Shown here one piece after another: positions 28,441-43,279 of a stretch of 64,000 bases of DNA (the stretch's first letter is position 1; each line of letters opens with the position of its first letter). The notes under the pieces are model-generated. The model saw only the letters and a list, made by a program, of their open reading frames with translations. It did no database searches and was not told where the DNA came from. The stretch lies in NCBI GenBank assembly GCA_047967505.1, contig CM106538.1. One strand, given 5' to 3'. The DNA is from Dipteris shenzhenensis (Eukaryota). The translations under genes were made by a program, and so were the position numbers.

Positions 28441-30533
28441 ACTTCATAACTATGGAGGCATTTGAGTACTTGGTTCAAGGGTTTAGGAAAGTTTTTTAGG
28501 ACTTAGGAGGTGGATGCATTTTAGGAAATCTTTGTAGATTTAGGAGGAGGATAGGGTTAAGAGATATAATTAGGGTTTGAGAGAGTATATAGGGTTGAGT
28601 TGCAGGGTTTAGGAGTGGAGAGCTAGTCCCCTTCATGGATTCATGGGGTTTAAGTGTTACAAACGAGTGAGGAGGAGGAGGAGGAGGAGATGGAGAGAGG
28701 GGGGGAGGATGGGAAATTGCAAGGTTAGAGCTTCCCATCCCATGGTGATAGTGATGAGGGAGCATGGACACAAGGAGATCAAGAACACGAAGACAAACAT
28801 AAGTGAAGAGAAGGCACATAATTACACGATGGCATTTTTGCTAAGCAAGAGGGAAGGCATGATTATTCCTTGGCAAGCTTTTTGCTGTGGTAATTTCTTT
28901 ATGATTTTGATTTTGTGGATAATAAAAAATAGTTGGTATGCCAGATAATATCTTCTATGTATTTTCTAGCAGTTGAAAAAAGTACATATTGGATCATTAC
29001 TAGCTACCAAGTTAAATCAGAAACTTTGATGTGTGATTAAACAATGGTCTACATATACCCTTCTATTGATCATAGAACAGTGTATGTCACTTATTGCTAC
29101 TCGCGTCATAAGAAAAAAGAATTATGCTTTGTATTTATTATTATTTCTCAATATCGTTAGCACGGGATGTTGTAGATATGTAGGAATATGACAAATATAA
29201 TGCTTGGACCTATTCCAAAATAACATAAGCAATGAATGGATGCAGTATAGTACTTTCTCTTGGTATAGGATACAAATAAAAAATCTTTCATAAGTTTTAA
29301 ATTGGCTAAATTCTTTATCTCTTTATTAATGAGAGCCTACTATCTCTTGAAGATTATTTTTTTTGACAATGTTAATGATGATAGTTGATGAATAGCCAAG
29401 AGAGTATTCTTCACCTTGGCCATGTCAATGATGATACTTGATGAATATGCAAGAGAGTACTCTTCACATCTCTACTCGCTGACTCAAAAAGTCAAATACA
29501 CAACTGAGGTTAGTTGCAATCCAAGCAAGAGGATTGTATTTTTTATATTTCTTGCTATAGAAATTGTTTTATTTTAGTCAAGTGTAACTATGGAAAAGTA
29601 TTCCATAGGAGCACACCAGATGCAGCGAGGTCCTAGTGGATGCTTTGTGGGGTTTAGTTGGGGATGCCTAACTGCCTGTGTTTTGGCAAGCTATATGGTT
29701 AGTATTGTGGGTGATTCCATGTTAATTCTAATGTCACTAGTGTGACTAGTGTTATTGCAATTGGTTGTAATGTGTGTATTTTGATGTTTGTATATTAAGC
29801 GTACAATTGTGTTGGGATTAGTTGGTGTGATGATTCATCAATTGATTGTAACAACTAACACAATGGGTGGCTTGAGTACAGAATGGAGATGGTAAAGGTG
29901 ATTTGGATTGATCAAAGTATCGAATGGTTGCTAAAGGCCATGGGCCATATTGTAAAATAATGAATATTAAGATGTGGGCTAATTTATTTATTAATTGTAG
30001 ATGAGGGCATATTGAGCCTTGTGATATTTTGAGCTCATGGAGCTATGTTGAGTAATCTTTCTAATTTTTTGTGGTTTCATGAATTCGTAGGTATGGTAAT
30101 CTCTATTCTCGTTAGAATAGCTTCTTTTGATGACCAAGTGGAGCAAGATGAAGAGATTCCTTGACTTTTGGGATTGTGAATACATAGTAGAATACTACAA
30201 GAGAGTGTATTTGACAGGCAAATCTTATGGACTTGAGGACTAAAGTTGCATGTGAAAGAATCTTCACACGGCCTGTATGGACCCTCATACTGGAAGGAGA
30301 CCCTTGGAGGTTAGAGAGAGAAACACCCAAATCCAAGGGCAGAATGAAGATTAGTCCTTTTTCCAATGTGATCATAAAAGATGAATGTGATAAAGGTCAA
30401 CAAGCAGAATTGCTATGCCTATTGGGTTGTTAAGGAGTATGCAAGAAAGAACAAAACAAAATAGGATCCAAAACTGAGAAGCTAAAGAATACTGGAGAAC
30501 ATTGATAAAAATTTACGAAACCAAATAACAAAC

Positions 30534-30579
<46 letters not shown>

Positions 30580-32052
30580 GGGGGGGTGCGGGCCAGGCAA
30601 GAGTTGGAGGCATAGGGAAATTCCTATTCAAGATGAAGCTTTTTGTGCCCTTAAGTGCAAGAAATTGACCATTTGCAATAAAATAAGGATCTTTTGCTAG
30701 GTTGATTTGCAAGATGTCCTTGACCTTACCAAGTTATCCTAGCAATGTAGCACACTTTCAAATAGGTTTGTCAACATTTTTCAAAATTTTGGAAACGATG
30801 TTGTCACATTGTCATACGAGACAATTCATACTCTTTGAAGAATGTGGAGGTATTGTCTGAAAACATTGAGGTGTTAATGTGTGCATTTTTAAATTTATTA
30901 CTCTACAACCAAGCGGGAATCAAGCCCTATTCATGTGCACTAGTGTCACGAAGCTTGAGTAAAAAATCCTTGTAAAAACCCTATTCCAAGGTTCCTATAA
31001 TTTAACATCGTGGTATAGATCAATTGTGCATAACATCATGGTGACACAAAAACTCAAATAGAACAAATGAGTATGTGAGAAATGAGCTAAGTTTCTATTT
31101 ATGATATCTTCTATGCCTCAATGTCGAGCGAGTGTTGGTTTTATAAGCTACCAAATAACCACACATTCAAGGAAAAAAATAGAAATGAATATTAGCCTAA
31201 GGGTAAATCTAGAGCCTTTCCAAGTTGCCTCAGCTAATATTTACAACTTTAAATTTGATAAATTCCCCAAAAATCAACATAAATTTTCGATACAAGCTCC
31301 AAATTTAGCCTTCCATCGACCCAAGTCATATGGACCAATTTATAAGGTTAGGTTTTTCCAATTCAAGATTACACCCTTGAAAATGGTAGCATGGGCTAAT
31401 ATTTGGAACTCTATTGGGGAAAGTTTTGTCCAATGACATACACTTCCATGGCTATGTTTCTTAAAGATCACCCAAGACCTACTCTTTTATAATTATGTTC
31501 CCCTCTTAGTTTTTACCCTGCATCCATCCTGGTGCCTACCATCCAAGAAACTAAAGTTGGCTTGTGATCATCAATAAATTTCAATCCTGGGACAACACTT
31601 GAGTTTTTCAAGGAATAACCCGTTCTTTACTATGCACAAAGCTTTGTTGCTCCTTACATTTTTAAATACCCTAGCAATATACACTTTTTAGGGGCTAAAA
31701 GTTACTCTTCTCATATGCATTTCACTAAAGAATCCTTGAGATCTTTCTTGGTGAATTGTGTTGTGCAAGGCACACATGGGATGAAGGAGACATCTCGTTA
31801 ACAACTACACAAAATGTACACTCTCTCCATGATGAAATGAAAATGTGATACAACACATACAACCATAATTGTCAATAACCATTAGTCTTATCAGTTGTAC
31901 GCATATGAGTTGCATCAATCGTATGCATACAATTAGATTTTTATTTGATGGATGGAGTCACCCTTTCTTGCGTGTATACCATCTATTGTCATCAAATTAA
32001 AAAAAGGGCTTCAAGATTCCTTCCCCTCCATACCATTTTATGTTAGATGTGA

Positions 32053-32100
<48 letters not shown>

Positions 32101-32968
32101 TCCATCTATTCATATATATATTGTAGCTCTCCTAAAAGGCTTTCTTGTATCTGAACCACCCACATCTTATCAATGTAGGCATTTTCAAGAGAGCAAGCAT
32201 ATGAGCTGCTAAACCTCTAGACTGTTTCTGTTGTCCTGTCCTATGAGATAGAGCTTAAAATATATTGATAGGCTCTGTGTAGAACACTTATAAAAGCCTT
32301 GAAAGTTTTTTGTCTTCAACCATGATGCAGCCAATAATTATTGGTTTTAACTTGAGCACACGCCCATGATGGAATTGTCAAAGTCGTTGGGGCTCGTGGG
32401 TTTGATTTGAACCGCATGATCTACCCACTTTGAAATCTAGAAAATGGTGGGCAATATGAGCTTGTTGTTGCTGACGTGTTGAGAACTTTGAAAGTGGGCA
32501 ATTGTGCAGATCATGATAAAAGCCTTTCATGAATGATGGTGTGTCACGTGCCCATGACATCATCTACCCCATCGACTTTGACGTATGAGGGAAAAGCCCA
32601 GCTTGGGCTTTTCCTGTACGTCGAAGGCCGTGCGGAAGCCCTTGAAAGTGACCTGCAAACTTACCTCCGTGATTGTCCAAGGTGATAGCGACCTGCGAAG
32701 GGACTTCCAGTAGCCACCAACGAAGGAAAGCAAGAATTTTGACGCTGATGTTGACGTGCGAGTGCACAAATCTCAGCTTTCTCGAAGGAAGTGCCAACGA
32801 TCGGACGGGTGGAAGTAAATTCCAAGAGACGATGGACCGTGAAGGGAGGCCGGGAGAGGCCACGAGTCGGCGTGTAAGTGACGTAAAAGTGGAGTGGGGC
32901 TCTAAACTTCTATAAGTGAGGGAAAGGCCTCCCAATGGCCTTTTTCATGTATAACTCCATAATACTTC

Positions 32969-35900
32969 ATGCAGCGCAGAGTCTTCATACAACATGTAAG
33001 CTTTGCGACCGCCAGGCCACTACCTCTCTCGAGCTCTCGGTAAGCTCACCCTTCCCTTCATCTTCTCTTCTTCTTCTTCTCTTCCTTTCTTGATCTTTCA
33101 TAATGGGTCTTCCTGATTCTTCCCTTCCATCCAACACAGGAGCACTCCCACTCACCCTTCCCCTTTGGACCTCCTCCACTTTGACAGTCTCCGTTTTTTG
33201 CTAAATCAACACCACCTTCACTTAGATCTCGAGACCTCTACTCGTCTCTTACAAACATGTGGCAGATTCAACGCCCTCTCCGAGGGCAAGCGAGTCCATG
33301 CTCTCATCCGCAACGGACTACCCCAGCTGGACGTTTCGCTCGCAAACCTTATTCTTGTAATGTATGGGAAGTGCGGCAGTGTAAAAGACGCACGAAGAAC
33401 ATTCGACGAAATTCGTCAGTTGGACGTGGTCTCTTGGACAGCCATGATAGGCATGTATGCAAAGGATGGGCATTGCAAAGAAGCCCTTCATCTCTTTCAA
33501 CGGATGCAGGTTGAAGGTGTAAACCCAAACAAAATCACCTTCATCACTGTGCTTAATGCGTGTAATGTCCCGGACGGCCTAGTGCACTGCAGGATGGTAC
33601 ATGCGTCAATTGTTCCGTGTGGATTTGAGTCCGATATTTCGGTTGGAAATGCTCTTGTAACTTCGTATGCCAAATGCAGAAGTATAGTTGATGCACATGG
33701 AGTATTTGAAAATATGCGTGACCGGAACGTGGTCTCTTGGACTGCAATGATTGGTGCATTTGTTCAGCTGGGGGATCTTAGAAAAGCCCTCCAATTATTT
33801 AGTCAGATGCATGTAGAATGTATAATGCCAAATGTAGTCACTTTTATCACGATACTCAATGCATGCTCCGGCCCAACAGCCCTACTGAAGGGAAAGATAA
33901 TTCATGCAATGATCGTGGTCAGTGGAGCAGGGTTAGATGTTGTTGTGGGGTGTGCCCTAGTCAATATGTACGGTAAGTGTGGCAGTCTAGTGAATGCACG
34001 GAGGATGTTTAACGAAATGCCTCAGCGAAATGTGATTACATGGAATGCAATGATTGCAAGTTATGTGCATCATGGGCTTCGCAATGCAGCTTTCCAACTC
34101 TTTGCAGAGATGCAGCGGGAAGGGGTGAAGCCGAATAAGATTTCATTGACTGCAGTCCTTAATCAATGTGCAAGTATGTCTGATCTAAAGGAGGGTAAGA
34201 TAATTCATGCCAATAGTGTTAACGTAGGACTTGAATCAGATGAAGTAGTTGGTTGTGCTCTTATCAACATGTATGGGAAATGTGGGAGTGTGGTGGATGC
34301 ACACAGGGTCTTCAGTAAATTGCAGAAACGAAATGTAATCTCATGGACTTCCTTAATTGCTGGACATGCCAGAGTTGGACGTACCAAGGAGGCTGTGCAA
34401 CTCGTTCAACAAATGGAGCAGGAAGGAGTGGAACCGAACGTGATTACCTTTGTGAGCCTTGTCTCTGCATGTGGTAGCACATCAGCAGCAGCGGGTTATA
34501 TGATTCATGGACAAGTCATTGAGAGTGGATTTGATGCAGATGTCGCTGTAGGGACTGCCCTGGTCAGCATGTACGGTAGATTCGGAGATACGGTTGCAGC
34601 CTGGAAAATGTTTGAAAAAATACATGAACGGAATGTCGTCTCTTGGAATGCTATGATTGCAGTCTATTCCCAGCATACATACGGCAGTGAGGTTTTTGAA
34701 CTTTTTCAAATGATGCAATTGGAAGGCGTGGAGCCAAATAATATCACATTTATAATTGTCCTGTCAACATGCGCACAATTTACACTCTTAGAACAGGGTA
34801 GAAAAACCCATGCATCTGCTGTGAAGAGTGAACTAGAATCAGATATCCATGTAGCCAGTGCCCTGCTTAGCATGTATGGTAAGTGTGACGATGTGAAAGA
34901 TGCACAGAGAATATTTGACAGACTGCCTGAACCAAATCTGATTACTTGGAATGGCATAATTGCAGCATATGCCTTGCATGGACATTCTCAAGAGGCGCTA
35001 GAAAATTTTCAGCGAATGCAACTAGAAGGTGTAAAGCCAAATGAAATCACCTTTATCACTATGCTGCATGCGTGTGCTAGTTTTGAAGCCTTGCAAGAGG
35101 GTAAGATGATCCATTCACTTATTATGCAAGTGGGGTTTGAGGCAGACGTTATTGTGGGGAATGCTCTTGTCAACATGTATGGTAACTGTGGGTGTATAAC
35201 AGAGGCACAGAGAATGTTCAGCACAATGCCCGAACGGGACGTTTCATCTTGGAATGCCATGATTGGTGTGTATGCTAGGCATGAGCACGAAAGAGAGGCC
35301 TTCGAAATCTTTCAGCAGATGCAACAGGAAGGCTTCGAGTTGGATGAGATTAGTCTTATAAATGTGCTCTCTGTATGTGCCAACTTGTCAGCGCTGGAAG
35401 AAGGTAAAATCATCCATGCCCGTTCTGTTAATCGGGGGTTGGACTCAGATGACATTGTAGGCAGTGCCCTTGTCAGTATGTATGGCAAATGCGGACGTGT
35501 GAAGGACGCAGAAAGGGTTTTCATGATGTTGCATCAACGTGATGTAGTCTTGTGGACTGCCATGATTGCAACATACGGCCAGCATGGACATGCCAAGGAG
35601 GCCCTTCAGCTTTTTCACCTGATGCAGAATTTAGGTGTGAAACCCAACCAGATAAGTTATTTAAGCACACTATCTGCATGTTGCCATGCTGGTTTGGTCG
35701 ATGAAGGATGTGCATTTTTCGCATCCATGAGAGAGGATCATGGCATCAAACCAACAGCCAGCCATTATGGCTGCATAATTGACCTTTTGGGGCGAGCAGG
35801 AAGGTTAGATGCAGCAGAGGACTTTATAACTAAAATGCCAATGCAACCAGGTCCTGTGGAGTGGATGGCCTTGCTTGGTGCATGTAAATCTTATGGTGAT

Positions 35901-36233
35901 ATGGAACGTGGGCAGCGGATAGCAGAACATATTGTTAACTTGGATCCGCAGTGCTCTGCTGCCTATGTCGTTCTGTCAAGCATGCATGCTGCATCTAATC
36001 TTACTGTGACTTCAAGCAAAGGAATGTCAGACACAGGTATCATAAAACAGCAAGGCCAGAGCTCAATCGAAAGGGAAAACCAGGTGTCTGTATTTGATGA
36101 CTTCGATAGATGTCACCCAAAGACTGATGGAATCTTTACCAAGTTGGAAGGACTGAGTAGACAAATTGAAGAGGTGAGTCATGTGTCTGACATCATGTTG
36201 GTACTGGATGCTCTGCAAGCAGATGTGAAGTAG
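32969..36233 (+). CDS. PLS-class PPR protein with E/E+ C-terminus. Proposed exons 32969-33039 and 33140-36233 (1054 aa). Probable organellar transit peptide.
   Basis: 1022-codon ORF of P-L-S triplets ending YGCIIDLLGRAG..WMALLGAC..YVVLSSM..HPKTDGIFTKLEGL. A 100-nt GTAAGC...CAG intron with a pyrimidine tract joins ATG 32969 in frame, giving MQRRVFIQHVSFATARPLPLSSSR. Confidence 0.92.
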
Positions 36234-39200
36234 CAGTTTTAGTCTGCTGCGACAAGTAGAACCTGCATGTTGGTCTCGCTCGATAGAAAAATTAATGTGC
36301 CAATGTGTAAAACTATGATTTGCCCAATGATGCCCCAGTGAATTACCGGGGATGGCAATTTAAACAAGAGAGCATGGCAGCACCTTCAGGTCTATTGGCA
36401 GGTGGGGGCCCATTGCTTGAAAGAAGCAAAGGGAATCTAGCATCTAAAATTCCATTTCGAAAGCTTTAGCTAAAGATTAATCAAACAAGGTGGCAAACCT
36501 CAGAGCCCTGCCAAGGTGGAGATTCAACCATAAAGTAGGTCACAAAATAAGAGGACTAAGCCATATATAAGGTTACACAAGAAGGGTGGGAGAAGGGGAC
36601 CATGAAGAGGGGAAGGAAACTGTAAAAAGTAGAGCAAAGCTTCTGTTTGATTGCTTTATGAACCCATAGATCCTTAGTGGGTCAGAAACAAAACAGGTGG
36701 AAAATCACACCAATTGACTTCCAAGTCCTCGCAAAAGCACTTACCTTAAGTTGGTGACAAAAATGTGTTTTGATGTATTTTCACTTGAGACCATCTTTGA
36801 TAGAAAAGAGGTGGGCAAAGAGGTGGGCCTTGAAGTTTTGTTACCACATTCCTACATGGGTTCTTCCCTCTCCTACTTGAAGTTTTGCTACTACATTCGT
36901 ACAAGGGTTCTTCCCTCTCATCATTCTACTTAAGTAACTGGGCTGCTAGTCATGTACACTTGGATGATACTAACGAGCTAATCCACAAAATTGTGCCACA
37001 TGTCCAAGGCCATTGTTAGCTTTTGACATTCGTGCCTACTGTTTCTCTACTTGTTTGCCAATATGAAATTTGAATGTTATTGTATTGTCTCCATGAAGGA
37101 TTAACATATGTGGAAACTAAAAGCAAGTAAATAATAAATGCTAAAGCTAAGGATGATAATTTTGGATGCTTATTTCAAAACATATAGACTTTGCTTCAAT
37201 CTAAAACTCTTTTACTTGTCCTTAATGAACTGTTCTCGTTGATGCATGTCTCTCTTTCATGTTCCTACATCCCTATGCACAGGAGGATAGGGACCCACAT
37301 GATATAAGCGTAGTTGTATCACACCTTTGCTCTATAACGAAACTCCCAGAAAAGAGAGGAGTCTACCTAAAAGCTTGCATGACAAATAAACTTAACTAAA
37401 TGCATATATCCCATAGACTATATGGACACTACCATGCAAGAGCCGGTCAAGTTGTGGTAAGCTTCAAGGGAGGCTAGCGATCACCAAGCTAGATGGAAGA
37501 GAAGGGGAAAGGGAATCTGAGGAGGGAAGAAGAAGCTTCAAGGTGGGGTGGAGCTCATGATGGAGGTGGAAGGTAGAGAAGGAAAGAGTAAAGGAATGGA
37601 GGGGAGAGTTCGAGTGGGTAGAAGAGGGGGAGGGGTGAAGCTAAGATCTCAAGTGGGAGGAGAGGCAGAATGGGAGGAGAGGCATGCTAATGTGAGGCTT
37701 GATGTGAAATGCATGATAGACCTCTCTTTTATAGGATTTGGAGGTCCATCCCATGTGCAATAACAAATCCCTTGTGTAGTAGTACTTGGATGCATTCTTG
37801 GATGCATGAGCTTTACAATCATGCTTGACTCACCAATGGTCATTAATCATTTTAATGGCCATGATATCTAACACTCAACTAGAATCTTGGGAATGATCAT
37901 GTTTCTCCTAACCATAGACTCCCTTCTAGTCTTCTTTGGCTAGTCATTGTCTTGCTTCTAGGAATCGATCAATGTCTCTTGAGCACACATCCCTAATAAT
38001 CATGGCACCATTGCAAGACATAGCATCTTTTGCATATTGGATTCAATCATGGCATAACCTTCAGTATTATTTCAATATGTGTCATGAATTTCGTTTAGTG
38101 TCTCCTGAACACACTTTCCCTTCTAGCATTATTTGGTTGTTCTTCTCCTTGAACTTTAGGAATTTGATCTATGTCTCTTGATCACGCTTTTCCTCGAGTT
38201 ATGCAAGCCAACAAGAGACGGCAACACCATCTTCATATTGATTTAGCAGAAGAATATGCGCCTCTTCCAAACGACAATACCTAGGTGCCATGCAAAGAGA
38301 GAACATGAGGAGAAAAGGTTTACAAAATATCGAATTATGGTGTGATGGGAAGATTTATCCAAAATATCTACTTCGAAACTCTACTCCGCCATTCTCAAAT
38401 CTGACAACATTGTTGAAGTTTATGGGTCATGAAACGAAAGGTATGCATGGATACATCACGGTCAGTCTCAAGTTACGCACATGTATAAGTCTTTATATGA
38501 GCAAGAGGCAAACACAAAAATGCAACAGATAGCCGAAAGCTCCATATTGAAAGAGCGGCTACAGAATGAAATTGAAGAACATACAAAGACGAAAAGCAAG
38601 ATCGAAAGCAACCCCATTAGGAGATAGGCTTACAAAAGAAGACTTTGCAACCTTGCAGAATTGAAAGCGGGAAATGGAGGGTGCAAGCGATGAGTTCAAG
38701 AAGCACGGTAAGGTTTTTTAAAATGTTTGCTATTTGACATGTGGCTATGATAAATCTTCCTATGTTAACTCTTATTTACGCATCCTATTTGTAGAAAAAT
38801 TTTGGAGCCCCAAAAGAAAATGTTGATTCGGCTGCTCTTCCCATAAAACAAATGAAAGGTCTATTTTAAACTACTATTGTGAAAGGGATGATTGAGGAAA
38901 AGAAGTTTAAAACCATCAAGCACAATGTTGTGCAACGGTGAGTGAAAAGCACCAAAGTTGATGTAAAGTTAATTCAAGAGTCTCTTGATGAGAGTAAAGC
39001 TAGCAGGAAACATTATTCTTCTATTTTCAAACTAGTATCATCAACATTTAAAGATCAAAGGATCAAACGTGCGCTTCTTCCAAATACTGTAGAAGTCTGG
39101 AATTTAAGAGCTTTACTCAATCAACAAATGGATAATTTTATTGGACAGTGGTTGATGTATTTGAAGGTAGTAAGGGGAGCACTATGTATAATCCTTGGAA

Positions 39201-39872
39201 TAATATTTTTGTTGATCTTGAAAAAATACAAAAAAGAATGGTTGAATTCTATGGAATCACATTTCAAGAGTGTTAGGGACGACTTATATGTTGGATAAAT
39301 GTGAAATTGTTAAGGAGAAAAAGATTGAGGGAGTGACCATCACACTTATGAATAGGGCACTTGATACATCAATAACAAAAGCAAACTCAAAGAATTTCAG
39401 TGTACAATCAGAGAAGCACATTTGGTGGTTGGGCGCATTTGAGGTAAGCATGAACTTTTACTTAAAATCATTTTTTATTTTTAAAATATGTAGCTGTTTG
39501 ATTTCATTTATTATATCTTGATGCTTGAATAGAGTTTCATTTCCCAATGGCAGGTAAAGATAGAGGACCACTAAACCCTATTTTAGTTCTTTCACCATAC
39601 AGAAATACTAGCAGTCATCAAAAACCAAGTTCAAGGAGGGCAACTTCATGTTGAAGGCAAGGGAGATTTCCAAGTTGATTGGCATATGGTAGGGGACCTC
39701 AAGACCCTCAAGTGCATGTTCAACATAAGCAAAGTAGGTCATTCAAAATCTCCATGCCTTTACTGCAAGGAGTCAGCCCATGTCATGGATCCTAAATGGT
39801 GGAGAAGGGCTCTTAATAGGGATAAGATTGATCTCGAATTCAAAGAAGTTCTTGATATTCCTTTGTGCAATA

Positions 39873-42800
39873 CGTAAGAAAACAATATAACGTTTGTGCT
39901 TAACAGATAACAGAATCTCGTACGCAAGAGAGAAAAGCAGATAGTATGGAGAATAAAAAATTTGATTACTGTAGAACTGATACAATAGATGGCGCTACCT
40001 CCCAGCCGTGCGCTCCTATGAAAGAAGCTTCGATGGCGAGCTGAAAACAGTAGAGGACGGAGGCTGGATGCTAAGGAATCAGGGTTGCTGTAGCCAGTGA
40101 TGAAATGGGCTTCACGGGCTTGCTCTTATATAGCCACTAGTCATCAGTTGGACCCAATTGGGTGACCGACCCAATCTGCCCAAAACGGTCGACTGGGGGT
40201 CGAGATCCCGAAATAGGCCACCGACCACATGATAGAACCGTGGCATAAAATAGAGCAACTAACCTACGGTTATCGTTCGGCCCAGAGCCATCCGGGATTA
40301 TCTGGGACTCCAAAAGGGCCCCGCAACCCGAGAGTGGGCTGCCCCAGTAAATGCTCCATCTACCCTTAATGCGGTCAGCCATGGGATGCCTTCCCGCACT
40401 TGCATGTAGCCTAGTTGGCAGTGTGCCAACTCCGTCTAGCCATCAGGCCGTACATGGCCCCCATCTAGTGTCCAAACCAAGACCTACCTGATAACCGAGC
40501 TACTCAAATGCCTTCTCCTCATATGCCTTTTTGGCCCAATGCCAAGTCGATGAAGATGCCTCTCCAGCAAGTCTCTTCCAAGAGCCTTCATGAAGATGTC
40601 CGCAGCATTCTCTGTAGTCGGACAGTACACCAAGTCGACCTCTCCATCCATGATGAGCTCGCGTACAAAGTGATATTGAATCTCAATGTGTTTCGTACGA
40701 GCATGGAACACAGGGTTCTTTGCAATCACCATGCAACTCTAATTGTCACATGATAACTGTAGAGGCTTGTTCTGCACTGCACCCATGTCCCCTAAACCCC
40801 CCCCCCCCCCCCCAACACCCCATGCCCCCCCCCCCCCCACCCACCCCCACCCCCCATGCCCCCCCCCCTCCCACTCCCCATGCCCCCCCCCCAACACCCC
40901 ATGCCCCCCCCCCCCCCCCCCTCCCCCAACACCCCATGCCCCCCCCCCCCCCCCCTCCCACTCCCCATGCCCCCCCCCCCTTGCGCGCATGTCGCGTACC
41001 CCCCCCACCCCCACCCCCACCCCTCATGCCCCCCCCCCCCCTACCGTGAGTGTTTAGAGGAACCTGTGACGAGTGGAGCTGCCACCCTGCCTGGCTGCCA
41101 GCGACTATATTATGGGTTGCTTCTTGCTGACCCATGACACAGCTCTAGATCCAAGTGAGAAACAGTAACTTGTCACTGATCTCCTGCTGTCCACGTCTCC
41201 TGCCCAATCCGAGTCACAGAATCCGGTCAAGATGTTGCCCTTGTTATAGGTGATGCCATAATCAAGTGTGCCTTTGATGTATTTCAGCACCTGCATCCCT
41301 GCCCTCCAATGGTCCTCTCGGGGCTTATTGGAAAACCTGCTTGAGGTCCCGATCCATGATCGCAGAAACAGACAACAAGTTCCTATTGATATCTGGCACA
41401 TAAAGAACATCGGACAACTATTTTACAACTCCATGTGACTTGAGAGCAATTGTACCTTTTCCTTTTTTTGGACATTTTGCATCATTGCCGACTGCTACCA
41501 GGATGTCATTCCCTACCGGCTATAGAGAGGTATACCAATCCTTCCGACTGGTCATGCGGTGCGATGCACCATTGTCAATGATCCAAGGTTCATCCAGAGG
41601 TACATGAACTGCCTCCGTGCAAATCTCCTCAATTACTACGAACAACTCTACTGGTACTGCCTGCGCGCTCTTGCTAGACTCTTTCTTTACTCCGTTCTTC
41701 TCATCTGCAATCTTCTTTCGGCACTCAGTCTGCTTGTGCTGTGCCTTGTTGCAATAGAAGCACTTGATCTTCTTCTTTCTCTTTTTATCATCAAAAGAAG
41801 ATGGGTTGCCAGAGTCCTTACCCTTACCTTTCTTTGATCTTCTCCAATCCTCGTCTTTTGACGCATCTCCTCCTCCAAAAGCATTGCACTGAAATCCTCA
41901 AAGTTGAGGGGCGGATTTCTGTTGTGCGTATTCAATGCCATAACAAGACCGTCGTACTTTGGTGGGAGAATCCGTATGCACCTTCGTGCTAGATTCTTGC
42001 TAATGATGGTGATGCCAATCGCAGTCATCTGATCGCGCAGATTCTTCACCCTGGTAATGAACTTCTCTGTCGCTTCAGACTCAGACAATTTCTCATTCGC
42101 GAGTTGAGTCTCCAGATTCTGAATCCGTGTCTGATTCGTGGTCTCGTATTGATTTTTCAAGACCGTCCATGCCTCCTCTACTGTGGTGACATGTTGAATT
42201 AACACCATGATGGAATCACTTACACTACAGACAATAGAACACAACGAATCTGCATTTCTTCTTGTCCATGCGAGAATCTCATCTACAGTTGGTACTATCT
42301 ATTGTCCTACATTGGCTGGATCCGGTCTCGCAACTGGCTTCACGTCCACCCTAGTAGTAGTATCCCAAAGCTTGTATGCGCCTAGGATGGTCTTCATCTT
42401 GAACTTCCAGAGTGGATAGTTAGAGCCGTCCAACTTTCCGCTTTCATCGAACGGTTGGATTCGCAGTCTTGTGGGCTGGGCCATCTCTCACAATCTGCTC
42501 ACAAACAGAAACACACTACCAAATCTTCTTGCTAGAGTCCATGGAGGCTTTGATACCATGTAAGAAAACAATACAACGTCTGTGCTTAATAGATAACAGG
42601 ATCTCATACACAAGAGAGAAAAGCAGATAGTATGGAGAATCAAAAATTTGATTACTGTAGAACTGATACAATAGATGGCGCTGCCTCCCAACTGTGCACT
42701 CCTATGAAAGAAGCTTTGATGGCAAGCTGGAAACAGTAGAGGATGGAGGTTGGATGCTAAGGAATCAGGGTTGCTGTAGCCGGTGATGAAATGGGCTTCA

Positions 42801-43279
42801 CGAGCTTGCTCTTATATAGCCACTAGTCATAGTCGATTGGAGCCAATTGGGTGACCGACCCAATCTGCCCAAAACGGTCGACTAGGGGTCGGTCCCAAAA
42901 TAGGCCACCGACCACATGATAGAACCGTGGTGTAAAATAGAGCAAGTACCTATGGTCTCCGTTCCAGCCTAGAGCCATCCGGGATCATCTGGGGCTCTGA
43001 ACGGGCCCCACAACCTGAGAGTGGGCTACCTCGAGAAATGCTCCATTTACCCTTAATGCGATCAGTCATGGGATGCCTTCCCAGACTTGCATGTAGCCTA
43101 GTTGGCAATGTGCCAACTCCGTCCAACCATCAGGCCACACATGGCCCCCATCTGGTATCCAAACTAGGACCTACCAGATTATCGAGCTACTCAAATGCAT
43201 TCTCCTCATATGGGGGCTTACAAGTAGAGTTAGCTAGTTCCCGCGTAGTTACACGAGAGTGGAGCATTGATATCTAACA
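39873..43279 (-). mobile_element. Internally deleted Ty1/copia element with two LTRs, same family as 1-2787
   Basis: LTRs at 42559-43279 and 39873-~40524. TSD CAATA/CAATG. PBS at 42546-42558. Gag (KLDGSNYPLWK; CFYCNKAQHKQTEC), protease IIDNGASH, then a jump at about 41342 to the RT end/RNase H. Confidence 0.93.
42546..42558 (-). other. tRNA-Met primer binding site of the copia element
   Basis: Minus strand TGGTATCAAAGCC directly after the LTR-terminal CA. Confidence 0.9.

Noticed and set aside
37300-37873. Possible solo LTR (TG...GATATCTAACA)
   Set aside because: Flanks CCACA and CTCAA do not form a TSD, so the boundaries are unsupported.
40720-41137. Pro-rich and Gly-rich ORFs
   Set aside because: Products of the poly-C tract inside a copia element.
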